Below are positions 16,337 through 27,100 of a stretch of DNA of 64,000 nucleotides, one piece after another; position 1 is the first letter of the stretch, and every line of letters begins with the position of its first letter. Origin of the DNA: Clostridia bacterium (lineage in GTDB: Bacteria; Bacillota; Clostridia; Oscillospirales; CAG-272); the NCBI GenBank assembly GCA_024405755.1, contig JAKSOD010000005.1, positions 3,412 to 67,411 on the forward strand. The letters are read 5' to 3'. The position numbers and the translations under genes were made by a program. Under the pieces are notes generated by a model. That model was not told where the DNA came from. It made no database searches and saw only the letters and a program-made list of their open reading frames with translations.

Positions 16337-18895
16337 ATGTCCGTAAAATATGCCGGTGTATATCTTCTCGACGCACCCTACTGTATCGACAGAGAGTACG
16401 ATTACCGCATTCCGGAAGACGAAGCCGACGGTACTGAATACGCGGCAGGCACAGCCTGTGCATCAGTCCATGAAGGAAACATAGTCAGTGTCCCGTTCGG
16501 AAACGGAAACCGCAGTATGCTTGCCGTTGTCAATCGCATCAGCAACACGACGGATACCCCGGCTGATAAAATCAAACCGATACGTGCCGTGTGTGATGAA
16601 AAACTGAATCTGACACCTGAGATGCTCGGACTTTGCAGATTCATGAAATCTCAGACTCTCTGCACGACCGGAGATGCCGTCCATGCAATGATACCGTCCG
16701 CTGCGCTGTCACGCCTTACGGAATATTATGTTCCGACAGGCAAAGAACTTGCCCTTAATTCAGGATTCGATTCCCGCACAATGATGATATATAACTTCAT
16801 TGCGGGAGGAACAAGAATAGGAGAAGATATTCTCAAAAACCGTTTCGGTTCCGAAACGGAGATCTGCCTTTCTGATCTTATGGCGGGAGGATTCGTAAAA
16901 CGCGAACTTGATCTGAACAGTTTTCACGATAAAACGGAAAACGTCTGGTCTCCCGCCGTGGACAAGGATTCTCTCCGCTCGGCACTTGAAGGAAAACTTC
17001 CGGGGATGAGAAGGATTTCCGCTCCGGGACAGATAGCAGCTCTTGCCGCCGTTATTGCAAGTGACTCGCCGATACCCGAAAGCGAACTGCTTGACGATCC
17101 CACCATCGGCAAAGCACAGCTTGCCGCCCTTGAAAAGAAAGGTCTTCTTCGCAGGGAAAGACTGCCGATAGGCGCATTTTCACAGATCAATAACTTATCT
17201 GCGGAAAATTATCCCTCAAGAGAGCCGCAGGCAGAGCGTCCTCCTCTTATTCTGAACGACGAACAGACGGATGCAGTAACTACACTCAGTGAACTCTTTT
17301 CCGGAGGTAAACCCGCCGCTGCTCTGCTCGAAGGTGTCACCGGAAGCGGAAAAACCTGCGTGATGCTCGCACTGATCGACCGCGTCCTTGACGCGGGACG
17401 CGGAGCGATCGTCCTTCTCCCGGAAATTGCGCTGACGCCTCAATCCCTTGCCATATTCTGCTCCCGCTACGGAGATCGGGTCGCCGTGATTCATTCCGGG
17501 CTCTCCACCGGTGAGCGGTATGACACATATATGAAGATCCGGTCCGGCAATGCCGATCTTGTTATCGGTACCCGCTCCGCAGTTTTTGCTCCCGTGCACG
17601 ATCTCGGACTTATCGTAATCGACGAAGAGCAGGAACACACATATAAATCCGATATGTCCCCGCGCTACCATGCACGCGATATCGCAAGATACCGGTGCGC
17701 AAAAGCTCCGGCTCTGATGCTGCTCGCATCTGCAACTCCGTCGGTCGAAAGCAGAAAAAAAGCGGAAGACGGAATTTATACCCTCGTTAAACTTCAAAAA
17801 CGATACGGATCCGCTCCGCTCCCTGCCGTTACTGTTGCGGATATGCGCGGCAGTACAAAAAACGGAAATCTCACCCCTATCGGCGAAGTACTCGCCCAAA
17901 AACTCCGTGAAACTTATGAGCGCGGTGAGCAATCCGTCCTGTTTCTCAACAGACGTGGATACAATAATTATATTTCCTGCGTTTCCTGCGGCGAAGCGAT
18001 CCGTTGCCCGGGATGCAGTGTCTCAATGACGTATCACACGAAATCCGGAAGCTATACCGAAGGTGAGCTCGTCTGCCATTGGTGCGGAAGAAGAATGGCA
18101 GTACCTGCGGTTTGTCCGGAATGCGGATCCGAACATCTTATCCGTATGGGATACGGCACTCAACGCGTTGAGCAGGAACTGAATAATCTTCTTCCCGAAG
18201 CCCGCATCCTCCGCATGGACACGGATACCACGGGGACCAAAAATGCCTACAATGCCCTTCTCGGCAAATTCCGCAGACACGAGGCGGATATCCTTCTCGG
18301 AACTCAGATGGTGACGAAAGGGCACGATTTCCCTGATGTAACTCTTGTCGGCGTTCTCCTTGCGGACGCATCGCTGTACTACGACGACTACCGTGCCGCC
18401 GAACGCACTTTTGCCATGCTGACCCAGGTAATAGGCAGAGCGGGACGCAGGGACAAGCCGGGGGAAGCGGTGATCCAGACAAATAATCCGGAACATGAAA
18501 TAATCGAACTTGCCCGCGCTCAGGACTATGAAACCTTCTTCGCCCGTGAGATCCGACTTCGCCGTGCCCTCGCATTTCCTCCCTTCTGCGATATTGCTCT
18601 GCTGACACTGACATCATCCATTGAAAAAGAAACCCGCCTTGCGGCAAAGAAACTTTACGAAATGCTGCAAAAACTCAGCCGTGACGACCGCTTCAAGGAT
18701 CAGCCTATGATGCTTTTCGGACCTTTTGAAGCTCCCGTATTCCGGGTTGACGAAAAATACCGTATGAGGATCGTAGTCAAATGCCGGCTCACGGCACAGA
18801 CACGGATGCTTTTCTCCATTGTAATGGCAGAATTTTCACGCGCCGGATCGCGAGCACCCGCGCTTTCTATAGATTTCAATCCCACTAATCTGTAA
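16337..18895 (+). CDS. priA: primosomal protein N' (replication restart helicase)
   Basis: Walker A GVTGSGKT, a DEEQ box, and zinc-binding Cys clusters (CVSCG..CPGCS, CHWCG..CPECGS). Confidence 0.96.
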   Translation: MSVKYAGVYLLDAPYCIDREYDYRIPEDEADGTEYAAGTACASVHEGNIVSVPFGNGNRSMLAVVNRISNTTDTPADKIKPIRAVCDEKLNLTPEMLGLCRFMKSQTLCTTGDAVHAMIPSAALSRLTEYYVPTGKELALNSGFDSRTMMIYNFIAGGTRIGEDILKNRFGSETEICLSDLMAGGFVKRELDLNSFHDKTENVWSPAVDKDSLRSALEGKLPGMRRISAPGQIAALAAVIASDSPIPESELLDDPTIGKAQLAALEKKGLLRRERLPIGAFSQINNLSAENYPSREPQAERPPLILNDEQTDAVTTLSELFSGGKPAAALLEGVTGSGKTCVMLALIDRVLDAGRGAIVLLPEIALTPQSLAIFCSRYGDRVAVIHSGLSTGERYDTYMKIRSGNADLVIGTRSAVFAPVHDLGLIVIDEEQEHTYKSDMSPRYHARDIARYRCAKAPALMLLASATPSVESRKKAEDGIYTLVKLQKRYGSAPLPAVTVADMRGSTKNGNLTPIGEVLAQKLRETYERGEQSVLFLNRRGYNNYISCVSCGEAIRCPGCSVSMTYHTKSGSYTEGELVCHWCGRRMAVPAVCPECGSEHLIRMGYGTQRVEQELNNLLPEARILRMDTDTTGTKNAYNALLGKFRRHEADILLGTQMVTKGHDFPDVTLVGVLLADASLYYDDYRAAERTFAMLTQVIGRAGRRDKPGEAVIQTNNPEHEIIELARAQDYETFFAREIRLRRALAFPPFCDIALLTLTSSIEKETRLAAKKLYEMLQKLSRDDRFKDQPMMLFGPFEAPVFRVDEKYRMRIVVKCRLTAQTRMLFSIVMAEFSRAGSRAPALSIDFNPTNL

Positions 18896-18942
18896 ATTCA
18901 TCTTCTGCCGCGCTGCGCGGCAAAAAGGAGTAACAATATATA

Positions 18943-19467
18943 ATGGCAAAACGAAAAATACTTACCGATAATGATCCCACCCTGCGCATGATTTGCCGCC
19001 CGGTGGAAAAAATAACTCCCCGTATCATCACGCTGCTTGACGATATGCTTGAAACCATGCGTGAAGCTGATGGCGTCGGACTTGCAGGTCCGCAGGTCGG
19101 CGTCCTGCGCCGCGTTGTCGTAGTCGAAACAGAACCGGGGAACCCCATTGAACTCATCAATCCCGTGATCGTCGATCAGTCCGGCGAGCAGGAAGGCGGA
19201 GAAGGCTGTCTTTCTCTGCCCGGAAGATCAGGCTGTGTTCGCAGACCTATGCATGTAACGGTAAAAGCTCTCAACCGGGAAGGAAAAGAATTCACAGTTG
19301 AAGGATCAGAACTTACCGCCCGCGCTTTCTGCCACGAGATCGATCACCTCGACGGTATTCTCTACACCGATAAGGCTCTCTATATGAACGATCCCGAAGA
19401 TGAGATCGAGGAACAGCCGGAAGAACGCCGATCCGTGCGCCGTCATAAATTCAGCGGAAAGCACTGA
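18943..19467 (+). CDS. def: peptide deformylase
   Basis: Motifs GVGLAGPQVG, EGCLSLPG and HEIDHLDG. Confidence 0.97.
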   Translation: MAKRKILTDNDPTLRMICRPVEKITPRIITLLDDMLETMREADGVGLAGPQVGVLRRVVVVETEPGNPIELINPVIVDQSGEQEGGEGCLSLPGRSGCVRRPMHVTVKALNREGKEFTVEGSELTARAFCHEIDHLDGILYTDKALYMNDPEDEIEEQPEERRSVRRHKFSGKH

Positions 19468-19541
19468 TCACGATCTTCACCGTTTTTAACCTGATCATAC
19501 CCTATGGATACGATACAAAAAACTGAATGAAATACGAAAAT

Positions 19542-20495
19542 ATGAAGATTCTTTTTATGGGCACTCCCGATTTCGCCGTCAGTTCTCTGCGCGCACTTGT
19601 CGAATCCGGCGAAAACGTCATAGGTGCCGTCACTCAACCCGACAAAATGCAGGGCAGAGGGTACAAGCTTACCCCTTCACCTGTTAAAATATGTGCCGAA
19701 TCGTACGGAATCCCCGTATATACCCCGAAAACGCTCCGCGGTGACGATTTTGCCGCCCTGCTTTCTCAGCTTGATCCCGACCTTATCGTTGTGGTCGCTT
19801 TCGGAAAGATTCTGCCTGCCAATGTTCTTGAATATCCCGCATACGGATGCATAAATGTTCACGGATCACTCCTTCCCGAATACCGCGGTGCCGCACCTAT
19901 GCAAAGAGCAATTATCGATGGAAAAAAAATCACCGGAATCACTACAATGATGATGGACGACGGTATCGATACGGGAGATATGCTTCTGAGACGCGAGGTG
20001 CCCATTGGCCCCGATGACGATTTTGAAGTTATCCACGACAGACTTGCCGCCGAAGGAGCCGGACTTCTTCTTGAAACTCTTGCCCAACTGCGTGCAGGAA
20101 CTCTCACCCGTCACCCGCAGTCGGAATGTTCCGAAGAACCGACTTATGCCGCGAAGATCGAAAAGCAGGATTGTGTCATAGATTTCACTCTATCCGCAAA
20201 TACTATCCATAACCTCATTCGGGGTTTATCTCCCGTTCCGCTTGCGATAACGCACACGCCGGACGGAAAACTGCTCAAAGTGATCTCTTCTTCCGTTCCC
20301 GCAGAAACGGAGAACTGCAAAGCGGAAATTCCGGGCACAGTCACCTCTCTTGACGGGAAGATCGAAGTTGCCTGCGGTGCCGAAGGTACCGGACGAATCC
20401 TCATCAACCGCGTTCTCCCCGAAGGAAAAGGAAGAATGAACGCAGCAGATTTCATCCGCGGGAGAAAGATCGAAAAAGGCGATATTCTCGGCTGA
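19542..20495 (+). CDS. fmt: methionyl-tRNA formyltransferase
   Basis: MKILFMGTPDFAV and HGSLLPEYRGAAP. ATG 19542 is preferred by homology. The alternative upstream ATG is at 19527. Confidence 0.93.
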   Translation: MKILFMGTPDFAVSSLRALVESGENVIGAVTQPDKMQGRGYKLTPSPVKICAESYGIPVYTPKTLRGDDFAALLSQLDPDLIVVVAFGKILPANVLEYPAYGCINVHGSLLPEYRGAAPMQRAIIDGKKITGITTMMMDDGIDTGDMLLRREVPIGPDDDFEVIHDRLAAEGAGLLLETLAQLRAGTLTRHPQSECSEEPTYAAKIEKQDCVIDFTLSANTIHNLIRGLSPVPLAITHTPDGKLLKVISSSVPAETENCKAEIPGTVTSLDGKIEVACGAEGTGRILINRVLPEGKGRMNAADFIRGRKIEKGDILG

Positions 20496-20530
20496 TAATC
20501 GCTTTTCCCCATTTTCAAGGAGTATAATCA

Positions 20531-21250
20531 ATGTTTTATTACGGATTCGACCCTACGTATTTTCTCGTTCTGATCGGTCTCGTCATCACTCTCGGTGCCT
20601 CACTGCTTGTCAAAAGCACCTTTGCAAAGTATTCGTCCCTGATAACCTCTCGGAGGATCACCGGTGCTATGGCGGCAGAGGAAGTATTGCATTCCGGAGG
20701 AGTATACGATGTCTCAATCAACCGTATCGCCGGACAACTGACCGACAATTTCAACCCACAGACAAACAAGATCAATCTGTCCGAGAGTGTTCACGATTCC
20801 GCAAGTGCCGCTGCCGTCGGCGTTGCCGCGCACGAAGCCGGACACGCACTTCAATATGCGTCCGGTTATTCGCTCATAAAGATCCGCACGGCGATCATTC
20901 CCGTCTGCAATATTTCTTCCACGCTCGCGACTCCTCTGTTCATTATCGGTCTGCTGATGACATCGTATATTCCGGAAGGCACAGTAGGAACTACACTGAT
21001 GTATACAGGTATACTCGCATTCAGCACGGCGGTACTTTTCCAACTTGTCACCCTGCCGGTTGAATTCAATGCATCAAACCGTGCAATCGAGGCACTGACA
21101 GCATCGGGAAATTTCACCTCAGACGAGCTTGACGCCGCACGCAAAGTTCTCCGTGCCGCAGCACTTACCTATGTTGCGGGACTTGCGGCATCACTACTTC
21201 AAGTCCTCCGCCTTGTGCTCATAGCCAACAACCGCAGAGGAAGGAACTGA
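20531..21250 (+). CDS. membrane zinc metallopeptidase (YugP/Zn_peptidase_2 family)
   Basis: HEAGHALQ motif flanked by TM segments. Confidence 0.85.
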   Translation: MFYYGFDPTYFLVLIGLVITLGASLLVKSTFAKYSSLITSRRITGAMAAEEVLHSGGVYDVSINRIAGQLTDNFNPQTNKINLSESVHDSASAAAVGVAAHEAGHALQYASGYSLIKIRTAIIPVCNISSTLATPLFIIGLLMTSYIPEGTVGTTLMYTGILAFSTAVLFQLVTLPVEFNASNRAIEALTASGNFTSDELDAARKVLRAAALTYVAGLAASLLQVLRLVLIANNRRGRN

Positions 21251-21290
21251 ATTATTCAATAATCTTTCTCCATAAACGGAGGATCAATTA

Positions 21291-22637
21291 ATGGCTTACA
21301 GAAAAAACGATCCCCGTCGGATGGCACTGAACATTCTTTCAAGAGTCCTCGGACCCGATGAGAACACAAACGGGAGCAAATCTGACGGAGGATATACAAA
21401 TATACTGCTTGATTCCGTAATTTCGGACAGCGGCATCTCGGGACCTGACCGCGCCCTGCTGACAAGGCTTGTCTGCGGAGTGACCGAACGCAAAATAACG
21501 CTCGATTACATTATCGGAAAGTTATCCTCACGCCCCGTGGCAAAACTTGACGCGGATGTTCTGAATCTTCTCCGTCTCGGAATTTACCAGATGCGGTATA
21601 TGGAACGTATTCCCGCTCATGCCGCAATAAACGAAACAGTAAACCTTGCCCGCCCGTCCGGACGCGGTTTTGTAAATGCCATCCTGCGCTCATATCAGCG
21701 CAGCGGAGGTATTCCTCTTCCCGATATATCAACAAACGCGGCATACCGCTTTTCAGTCACGTATTCCGTTCCGGAGGAACTCTGCCGCAGATTCATTGAT
21801 ATTTTCGGTGAGAAAAGCGCAGAATCAGTTTTGTCTGCCTCAAACGCCGTTCCGCCTCTGACTCTTCGGGTCAATACCCTGCGCACAGACCGTGAAACTC
21901 TGACTGCAAAACTTTCCTCGGAAGGTTTTGCCTGCGAGCCAACCCCGAATTCCCCGTACGGTATCCGCGTCAGAGGCGACGGGATCCCGTCAGCCGTTCT
22001 TGACGGTGATGCCTTTGTTCAGGATGAAGCATCTCAACTATGCACCATGGCACTTGATCCTTTTCCCGGCTGCCGTATGCTCGATACCTGCTCATGTCCC
22101 GGTTCAAAAAGTTTTTCATCCGCATTGCTGATGAAAAATGAAGGAAAAATCATTTCCTGCGATCTGCACGAATCCAAACTTCCGCTTATTACACGTGAAG
22201 CGGAAAAACTCGGGATAACAGTAATAGAAACGCTCTGCCGTGATTCCTCCGTGCCTTTTGTGACCGACGGACAACTATTTGACCGGGTCCTCTGTGATGT
22301 CCCATGTTCCGGATTCGGAGTAATGGCAAAAAAACCGGAAATACGATACCGTTCACTTGCGGATGCCGCAGAACTTCCTTCCCTGCAATATTCTATCCTT
22401 GAAGCATCCTGCGGTGCTGTCGCCCCCGGAGGCGTGCTTGTCTACTCCACATGCACACTGCTTCCCGAAGAAAACGAAATGATCGCTGACAGATTTACTG
22501 CAGAACATCCGGATTTTATCCCCGTACCGTTAAATCTCGGAAATCTTACCTCCATCGACGGACGTATCACTCTTCTGCCGGACAAAAACGGAACGGACGG
22601 ATTTTTCATAGCAAAATTCATGAGAAAAAAGGTCTGA
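21291..22637 (+). CDS. rsmB: 16S rRNA (cytosine967-C5)-methyltransferase
   Basis: NusB-like N-terminus, SAM-binding site DTCSCPGSKS, catalytic motifs DVPCSG and YSTCT. Sits downstream of fmt. Confidence 0.93.
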   Translation: MAYRKNDPRRMALNILSRVLGPDENTNGSKSDGGYTNILLDSVISDSGISGPDRALLTRLVCGVTERKITLDYIIGKLSSRPVAKLDADVLNLLRLGIYQMRYMERIPAHAAINETVNLARPSGRGFVNAILRSYQRSGGIPLPDISTNAAYRFSVTYSVPEELCRRFIDIFGEKSAESVLSASNAVPPLTLRVNTLRTDRETLTAKLSSEGFACEPTPNSPYGIRVRGDGIPSAVLDGDAFVQDEASQLCTMALDPFPGCRMLDTCSCPGSKSFSSALLMKNEGKIISCDLHESKLPLITREAEKLGITVIETLCRDSSVPFVTDGQLFDRVLCDVPCSGFGVMAKKPEIRYRSLADAAELPSLQYSILEASCGAVAPGGVLVYSTCTLLPEENEMIADRFTAEHPDFIPVPLNLGNLTSIDGRITLLPDKNGTDGFFIAKFMRKKV

Positions 22638-22638
22638 A

Positions 22639-23766
22639 ATGACAAATAATCCCGAAATTGAAGCAAAAAACATAAAAGATGCCGTTTCCGGACGACAGTT
22701 TCCATCCGACATTCTGTCCCTCACATTTGATGAACTTACGGATCTTCTCACTTCCCTCGGTGAACCGAAATACCGAGCCGGACAGATTTTCCCACAACTT
22801 CACCGCGGGATCACGCCGGACAAGATGACGAATATCTCCGGATCCACAGCCGAAAAACTGAAATCAGCAGTTTTATGCCATTTCCCTTCCGTTGAGAAAA
22901 AACTTGTTTCCGCCGTTGACGGAACGATCAAGTATCTTCTCGGACTTGCAGACGGTAACTGCATTGAAACCGTTCTTATGAAATACAAGCACGGAAACAC
23001 CGTGTGCGTTTCTTCGCAGGTCGGATGCCGTATGGGATGTGCCTTCTGTGCCTCCACTATCGGCGGAAAGATCCGTGATCTGACTGCCGGTGAGATCCTC
23101 GGACAAGTAATAACCGCCGCCGCAGACAGCGGAGAACGTGTGGATAATATAGTTATGATGGGAATAGGCGAGCCTCTTGACAACTACGATAACGTAGTCC
23201 GCTTTCTGCGTCTCGTAAATGATCCGCACGGAATATGTATAGGATACCGCCATATTTCTCTCTCAACCTGCGGTCATGTTGACGGAATACGCCGTCTTGC
23301 CGCAGAAGGATTTCCCATTACTCTCTCCCTCTCCCTTCACGCTCACGACGACGAGACCCGAAGCAGAATAATGCCCGTAAACCGCCGTTGGGGAATAAAT
23401 GAAGTACTTGCTGCCTGCCGTGATTATTGGGAAAAAAACGGACGTCGTATTTCCTTTGAATACACCCTTATCAACGGTCAGAACTGCACACGTCACGATG
23501 CCGTGCTTCTTGCGCAAAAGCTCAATTCCGCTTTGCGCCGTAACGGAGATAGTTTCCCGATACACGTCAATCTCATACCCGTAAATGCTGTAAAGGAAAC
23601 GGGACTGATGCCTCCGTCCGGCGACGATATCGAAGATTTCCGCCGTGAACTTGAACGCCGTGGTATCCGCGCCACGGTACGCCGCCGACTCGGACCTGAC
23701 ATCAATGCTTCATGCGGACAGCTGCGGCGCAGGCATACAGTTGAAGAAACCAAGAAAGCAGATTGA
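22639..23766 (+). CDS. rlmN: 23S rRNA/tRNA (adenine-C2)-methyltransferase, radical SAM
   Basis: CRMGCAFCAS radical SAM cluster and a C-terminal ...ASCGQL motif. Confidence 0.95.
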   Translation: MTNNPEIEAKNIKDAVSGRQFPSDILSLTFDELTDLLTSLGEPKYRAGQIFPQLHRGITPDKMTNISGSTAEKLKSAVLCHFPSVEKKLVSAVDGTIKYLLGLADGNCIETVLMKYKHGNTVCVSSQVGCRMGCAFCASTIGGKIRDLTAGEILGQVITAAADSGERVDNIVMMGIGEPLDNYDNVVRFLRLVNDPHGICIGYRHISLSTCGHVDGIRRLAAEGFPITLSLSLHAHDDETRSRIMPVNRRWGINEVLAACRDYWEKNGRRISFEYTLINGQNCTRHDAVLLAQKLNSALRRNGDSFPIHVNLIPVNAVKETGLMPPSGDDIEDFRRELERRGIRATVRRRLGPDINASCGQLRRRHTVEETKKAD

Positions 23767-23854
23767 AAATAAGAAAAACACTTCATAATATATATATCAT
23801 TATTCATCATTTTTACAAAAGAATTTCTTTTGCCAACCGCAGAAAGGTATAACA

Positions 23855-24628
23855 ATGAAATTTTACGGCAAAACAGATACCGGAAAAGTCCGGCTTGAAA
23901 ATCAGGATTGCTTCGGGATCTATCAGATCCTTCCCGGGGTAACACTCTGCGTCGTCTGCGACGGAATGGGCGGTGTTTCCGGTGGAGCCACAGCATCAAG
24001 AGAAGCTCTCGACGCCTTTGCCGAGGCCATACGCGATAGTATTCTTCCCGACGACCCGCAGGGAACTCCGGATCTCGGAAACACCAGCCTCCGCTTTGCC
24101 ATGTCCGGTGCCGTGGAAGCGGCAAACCGCGCCGTGTGGGAAAAAGCGAACAACGACACTACCGGTAAACTTGCGGGGATGGGGACCACTCTTGTTGCCC
24201 TTCTTATCGTGGAAAACGGTCTTGCATATGCTTTGAACGTCGGCGACAGCCGTCTGTATCAGATCAGAAACAATAAAATAACCCAGCTGTCCCGCGACCA
24301 TTCATATGTGCAGGATCTTATTGACATGGGTAAACTTACATACGAGGAAGCACGGCAGTTCCCCATGCGGAACGTCATCACACGCGCCGTCGGAATTCAA
24401 TCCGCAGTTCGTGCCGATATTTTCTCGGTGGATACCGAAAAAGCAGAAAATGAAAAATGTATTTTCCTGCTTTGCTCCGACGGACTCTGCGGTCCTCTGC
24501 GTGATGAGGATATAATTCAGATAGTAAACAGCGACGACAAACCCGACAAAAAAGTCGAATCGCTTGTTGCCGCCGCCAACAACGCCGGCGGTCCCGACAA
24601 TATTACCGTCGTTCTTGCGGAAGTCTGA
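23855..24628 (+). CDS. stp: PP2C-family Ser/Thr protein phosphatase
   Basis: NQDCF, CDGMGG and GGPDNITVV motifs. Sits immediately upstream of prkC. Confidence 0.95.
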   Translation: MKFYGKTDTGKVRLENQDCFGIYQILPGVTLCVVCDGMGGVSGGATASREALDAFAEAIRDSILPDDPQGTPDLGNTSLRFAMSGAVEAANRAVWEKANNDTTGKLAGMGTTLVALLIVENGLAYALNVGDSRLYQIRNNKITQLSRDHSYVQDLIDMGKLTYEEARQFPMRNVITRAVGIQSAVRADIFSVDTEKAENEKCIFLLCSDGLCGPLRDEDIIQIVNSDDKPDKKVESLVAAANNAGGPDNITVVLAEV

Positions 24629-24676
24629 AAAATCTCATCTGCATCACACAAAAAAACAGGAAAAACGGAACTGATC

Positions 24677-27058
24677 ATGAAAAATTCCTTTGAAAGATTT
24701 GTCGGCACCACACTTGACGACAGATATCAGATAGAAAAACTGATAGGCACCGGCGGTATGGCAGTGGTCTTCCGCGCTTTTGACCCCGTGGAAAACCGTC
24801 AGGTTGCCATAAAAATGCTGCGCGACGAGATAGCCAACGACAAGGAAGCGTTAAAGCGTTTTGTAAATGAGTCCAAAGCCGTCGCTCTGCTTTCCCATCC
24901 GAATATTATTAAAATCTATGATATTGCCATTGAGGGCGAAGTCAAATACCTCGTAATGGAATACGTTGAAGGCATCTCTCTGCGCACATATATGGATACA
25001 AGAAACGTCCTCGATTTTGACGAAGTCGTTTCTTACTCAGAGCAGATCCTTGCCGCCCTTGAACATGCACATTCAAAAGGTGTAGTACACAGAGATATCA
25101 AACCGCAGAATATTATGCTTCTTCAGGACGGTATCGTAAAAGTTACTGACTTCGGAATTGCAAAACTCCCGGACAGTGAAACTGCCACAATTTCCGATAA
25201 GGCAATAGGAACCGTGTACTACATCAGTCCCGAGCAGGCAGCAGGCAAGCGTTCCGACGCACGCGCAGACCTTTATTCCCTCGGAGTGATGATGTATGAA
25301 ATGTCAACGGGCAAACTTCCCTTTGATGACGAAAGACCGATCTCCGTCGTAATGATGCAGATACACGATAAACCCGTTCCTCCGCGTCAGATCAATAAGG
25401 ATATTCCGCGAGGTCTTGAACAACTGATCCTGTCTTCCATGGAAAAGGATCCGAAAAACCGCTATCAAAGTGCCCTCGATATGTTCCGAGAACTGCGTCG
25501 ATTAAAACGTCGTCCGTCCGCCATGGTGCTTACTCCCGCAAAACTGAAATCCGAAAAGCGATCTGCCAAAAACCGCAAGGACAACCCGCCGAGCCGTTCG
25601 GTAACTCCCGTTATCCTCGGCATAGCATTTGCGATCCTTTTCGTCGGGATCGTCGCCGTCTTCTACTCTCTTGATAAACTCAATATCGGCGGAATAGGAA
25701 AAGAGAGTATTGATGTTCCCAACGTAGTCGGTAAAACGTACTCATCTGATGAGGATCTCGGACTCGGGTCTGATTTCATCATCACAGTTGAATTCGAATA
25801 CTCCAACACGGTTGAAAAAAACGTGATCATATCCCAGCAGCCGGTCGGAGGATCAAGCCGCAAAGCTCCATGCAGCTTGACAATAAAAGTCAGCGGAGGT
25901 CCGGAACAGATCAAAATCGAAGATTTCACGCTTAAAAACTGGCGTGAAGTACAGACAAATCTGAAATCCAACAATTTTATCGTTATCGTAAAAGAAGAAT
26001 CCGATTCCGCAATTCCCGCAGGTTTTGTTATCCGTACGGATCCCGGAACGGGTACCTCTGTCACTGTCGGAAGCACGATCACGATCTACGTCAGCAGCGG
26101 ATCGTCACAAGAGATGACCTCCGTCCCGAATTTTGTCGGAATGAGTGAAAAGGAAGCCGTTGTCACCCTCGAAAAAGCAAGCCTCAATCTCGGAGACGTA
26201 ATCTATACCCGTTCGTCTCTTCCCGGCGGAACCATTCTGCGTCAAACTCCTGCCGAAGGTGAGCAGGTCTATACCAAATCCACTGATATTGACTTTATCG
26301 TCAGCGGAGGACCTGATTTCAGTACAAATTACTGTCCCGATGTTCTTTCAATGACGGAAACAGACGCTGTCACACTGCTGAATTATTTCGGTCTGGAAGT
26401 GGAAAAGAAATTTGTGGCAAATGCAGCAAAAGCAGGTACGATCCTTACACAGGATCCCACCCCGTCCGGAGACACTCCCGTTCCCACTTCCACCACAAAG
26501 GTCACTCTTACGATCAGCGGCGGTCCCGAGTATACTCCGCCGAGCATAACAATGCTCTACGTTACCGGCGAAAACATTACGGCAGCGAAAAAACTGCTTG
26601 ACTGGTCTTTCAAGCATGACGACGCAGCCTACGTTCTTACTGTAAAATACGTCAAAAGTACGGAACCTGCCGATACCGTCATAAGTCAGAGTCCCGAAGC
26701 AGGTCCCATTGACGGATCAAATGTGGTAAAAGTTAAACTCGTGGTCAGCGGCGGTCCCGATTATATTCCTCCCGACGTTACGGTTACGGTGCCGAATGTG
26801 GTAGGACTTACCCTTAATGAAGCCCGTGCGTCACTTGAAAGTTACGGAATATCCGTAGGCAAAGTGACATACGCAGCCGACAATTCACCTAAGGACTTCA
26901 TTATCAGCCAATCCCTTACTGCCTATACCGAAATTAAGGGACCAGAAGGAGAGATAACCATGGATATCGTTATCAGCGGAGGACCCGAATACGTAAGTTC
27001 GGAAGCAACTACCGTTTCCACCGAACCTTTGGCAGATCCATCCGCGGTTATCTCATAA
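24677..27058 (+). CDS. prkC: Ser/Thr protein kinase with an extracellular PASTA repeat array
   Basis: HRDIKPQN, DFGIA and SPEQ kinase motifs, one TM segment, then about six PASTA-like units that each end in SGGP. Confidence 0.95.
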   Translation: MKNSFERFVGTTLDDRYQIEKLIGTGGMAVVFRAFDPVENRQVAIKMLRDEIANDKEALKRFVNESKAVALLSHPNIIKIYDIAIEGEVKYLVMEYVEGISLRTYMDTRNVLDFDEVVSYSEQILAALEHAHSKGVVHRDIKPQNIMLLQDGIVKVTDFGIAKLPDSETATISDKAIGTVYYISPEQAAGKRSDARADLYSLGVMMYEMSTGKLPFDDERPISVVMMQIHDKPVPPRQINKDIPRGLEQLILSSMEKDPKNRYQSALDMFRELRRLKRRPSAMVLTPAKLKSEKRSAKNRKDNPPSRSVTPVILGIAFAILFVGIVAVFYSLDKLNIGGIGKESIDVPNVVGKTYSSDEDLGLGSDFIITVEFEYSNTVEKNVIISQQPVGGSSRKAPCSLTIKVSGGPEQIKIEDFTLKNWREVQTNLKSNNFIVIVKEESDSAIPAGFVIRTDPGTGTSVTVGSTITIYVSSGSSQEMTSVPNFVGMSEKEAVVTLEKASLNLGDVIYTRSSLPGGTILRQTPAEGEQVYTKSTDIDFIVSGGPDFSTNYCPDVLSMTETDAVTLLNYFGLEVEKKFVANAAKAGTILTQDPTPSGDTPVPTSTTKVTLTISGGPEYTPPSITMLYVTGENITAAKKLLDWSFKHDDAAYVLTVKYVKSTEPADTVISQSPEAGPIDGSNVVKVKLVVSGGPDYIPPDVTVTVPNVVGLTLNEARASLESYGISVGKVTYAADNSPKDFIISQSLTAYTEIKGPEGEITMDIVISGGPEYVSSEATTVSTEPLADPSAVIS

Positions 27059-27100
27059 ATCCGACCGCGGGAACCCGCAAAAAAGAAAGGAAACCCTTTA

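Noticed and set aside
23780-23807. A dif-like AT-rich sequence, ACTTCATAATATATATATCATTATTCAT.
   Set aside because: Only the left arm and the central TATATA resemble the Firmicute dif consensus (ACTTCCTAGAATATATATTATGTAAACT). The right arm does not match. The site lies inside the rlmN-stp operon spacer and is more likely a promoter or AT-rich spacer.
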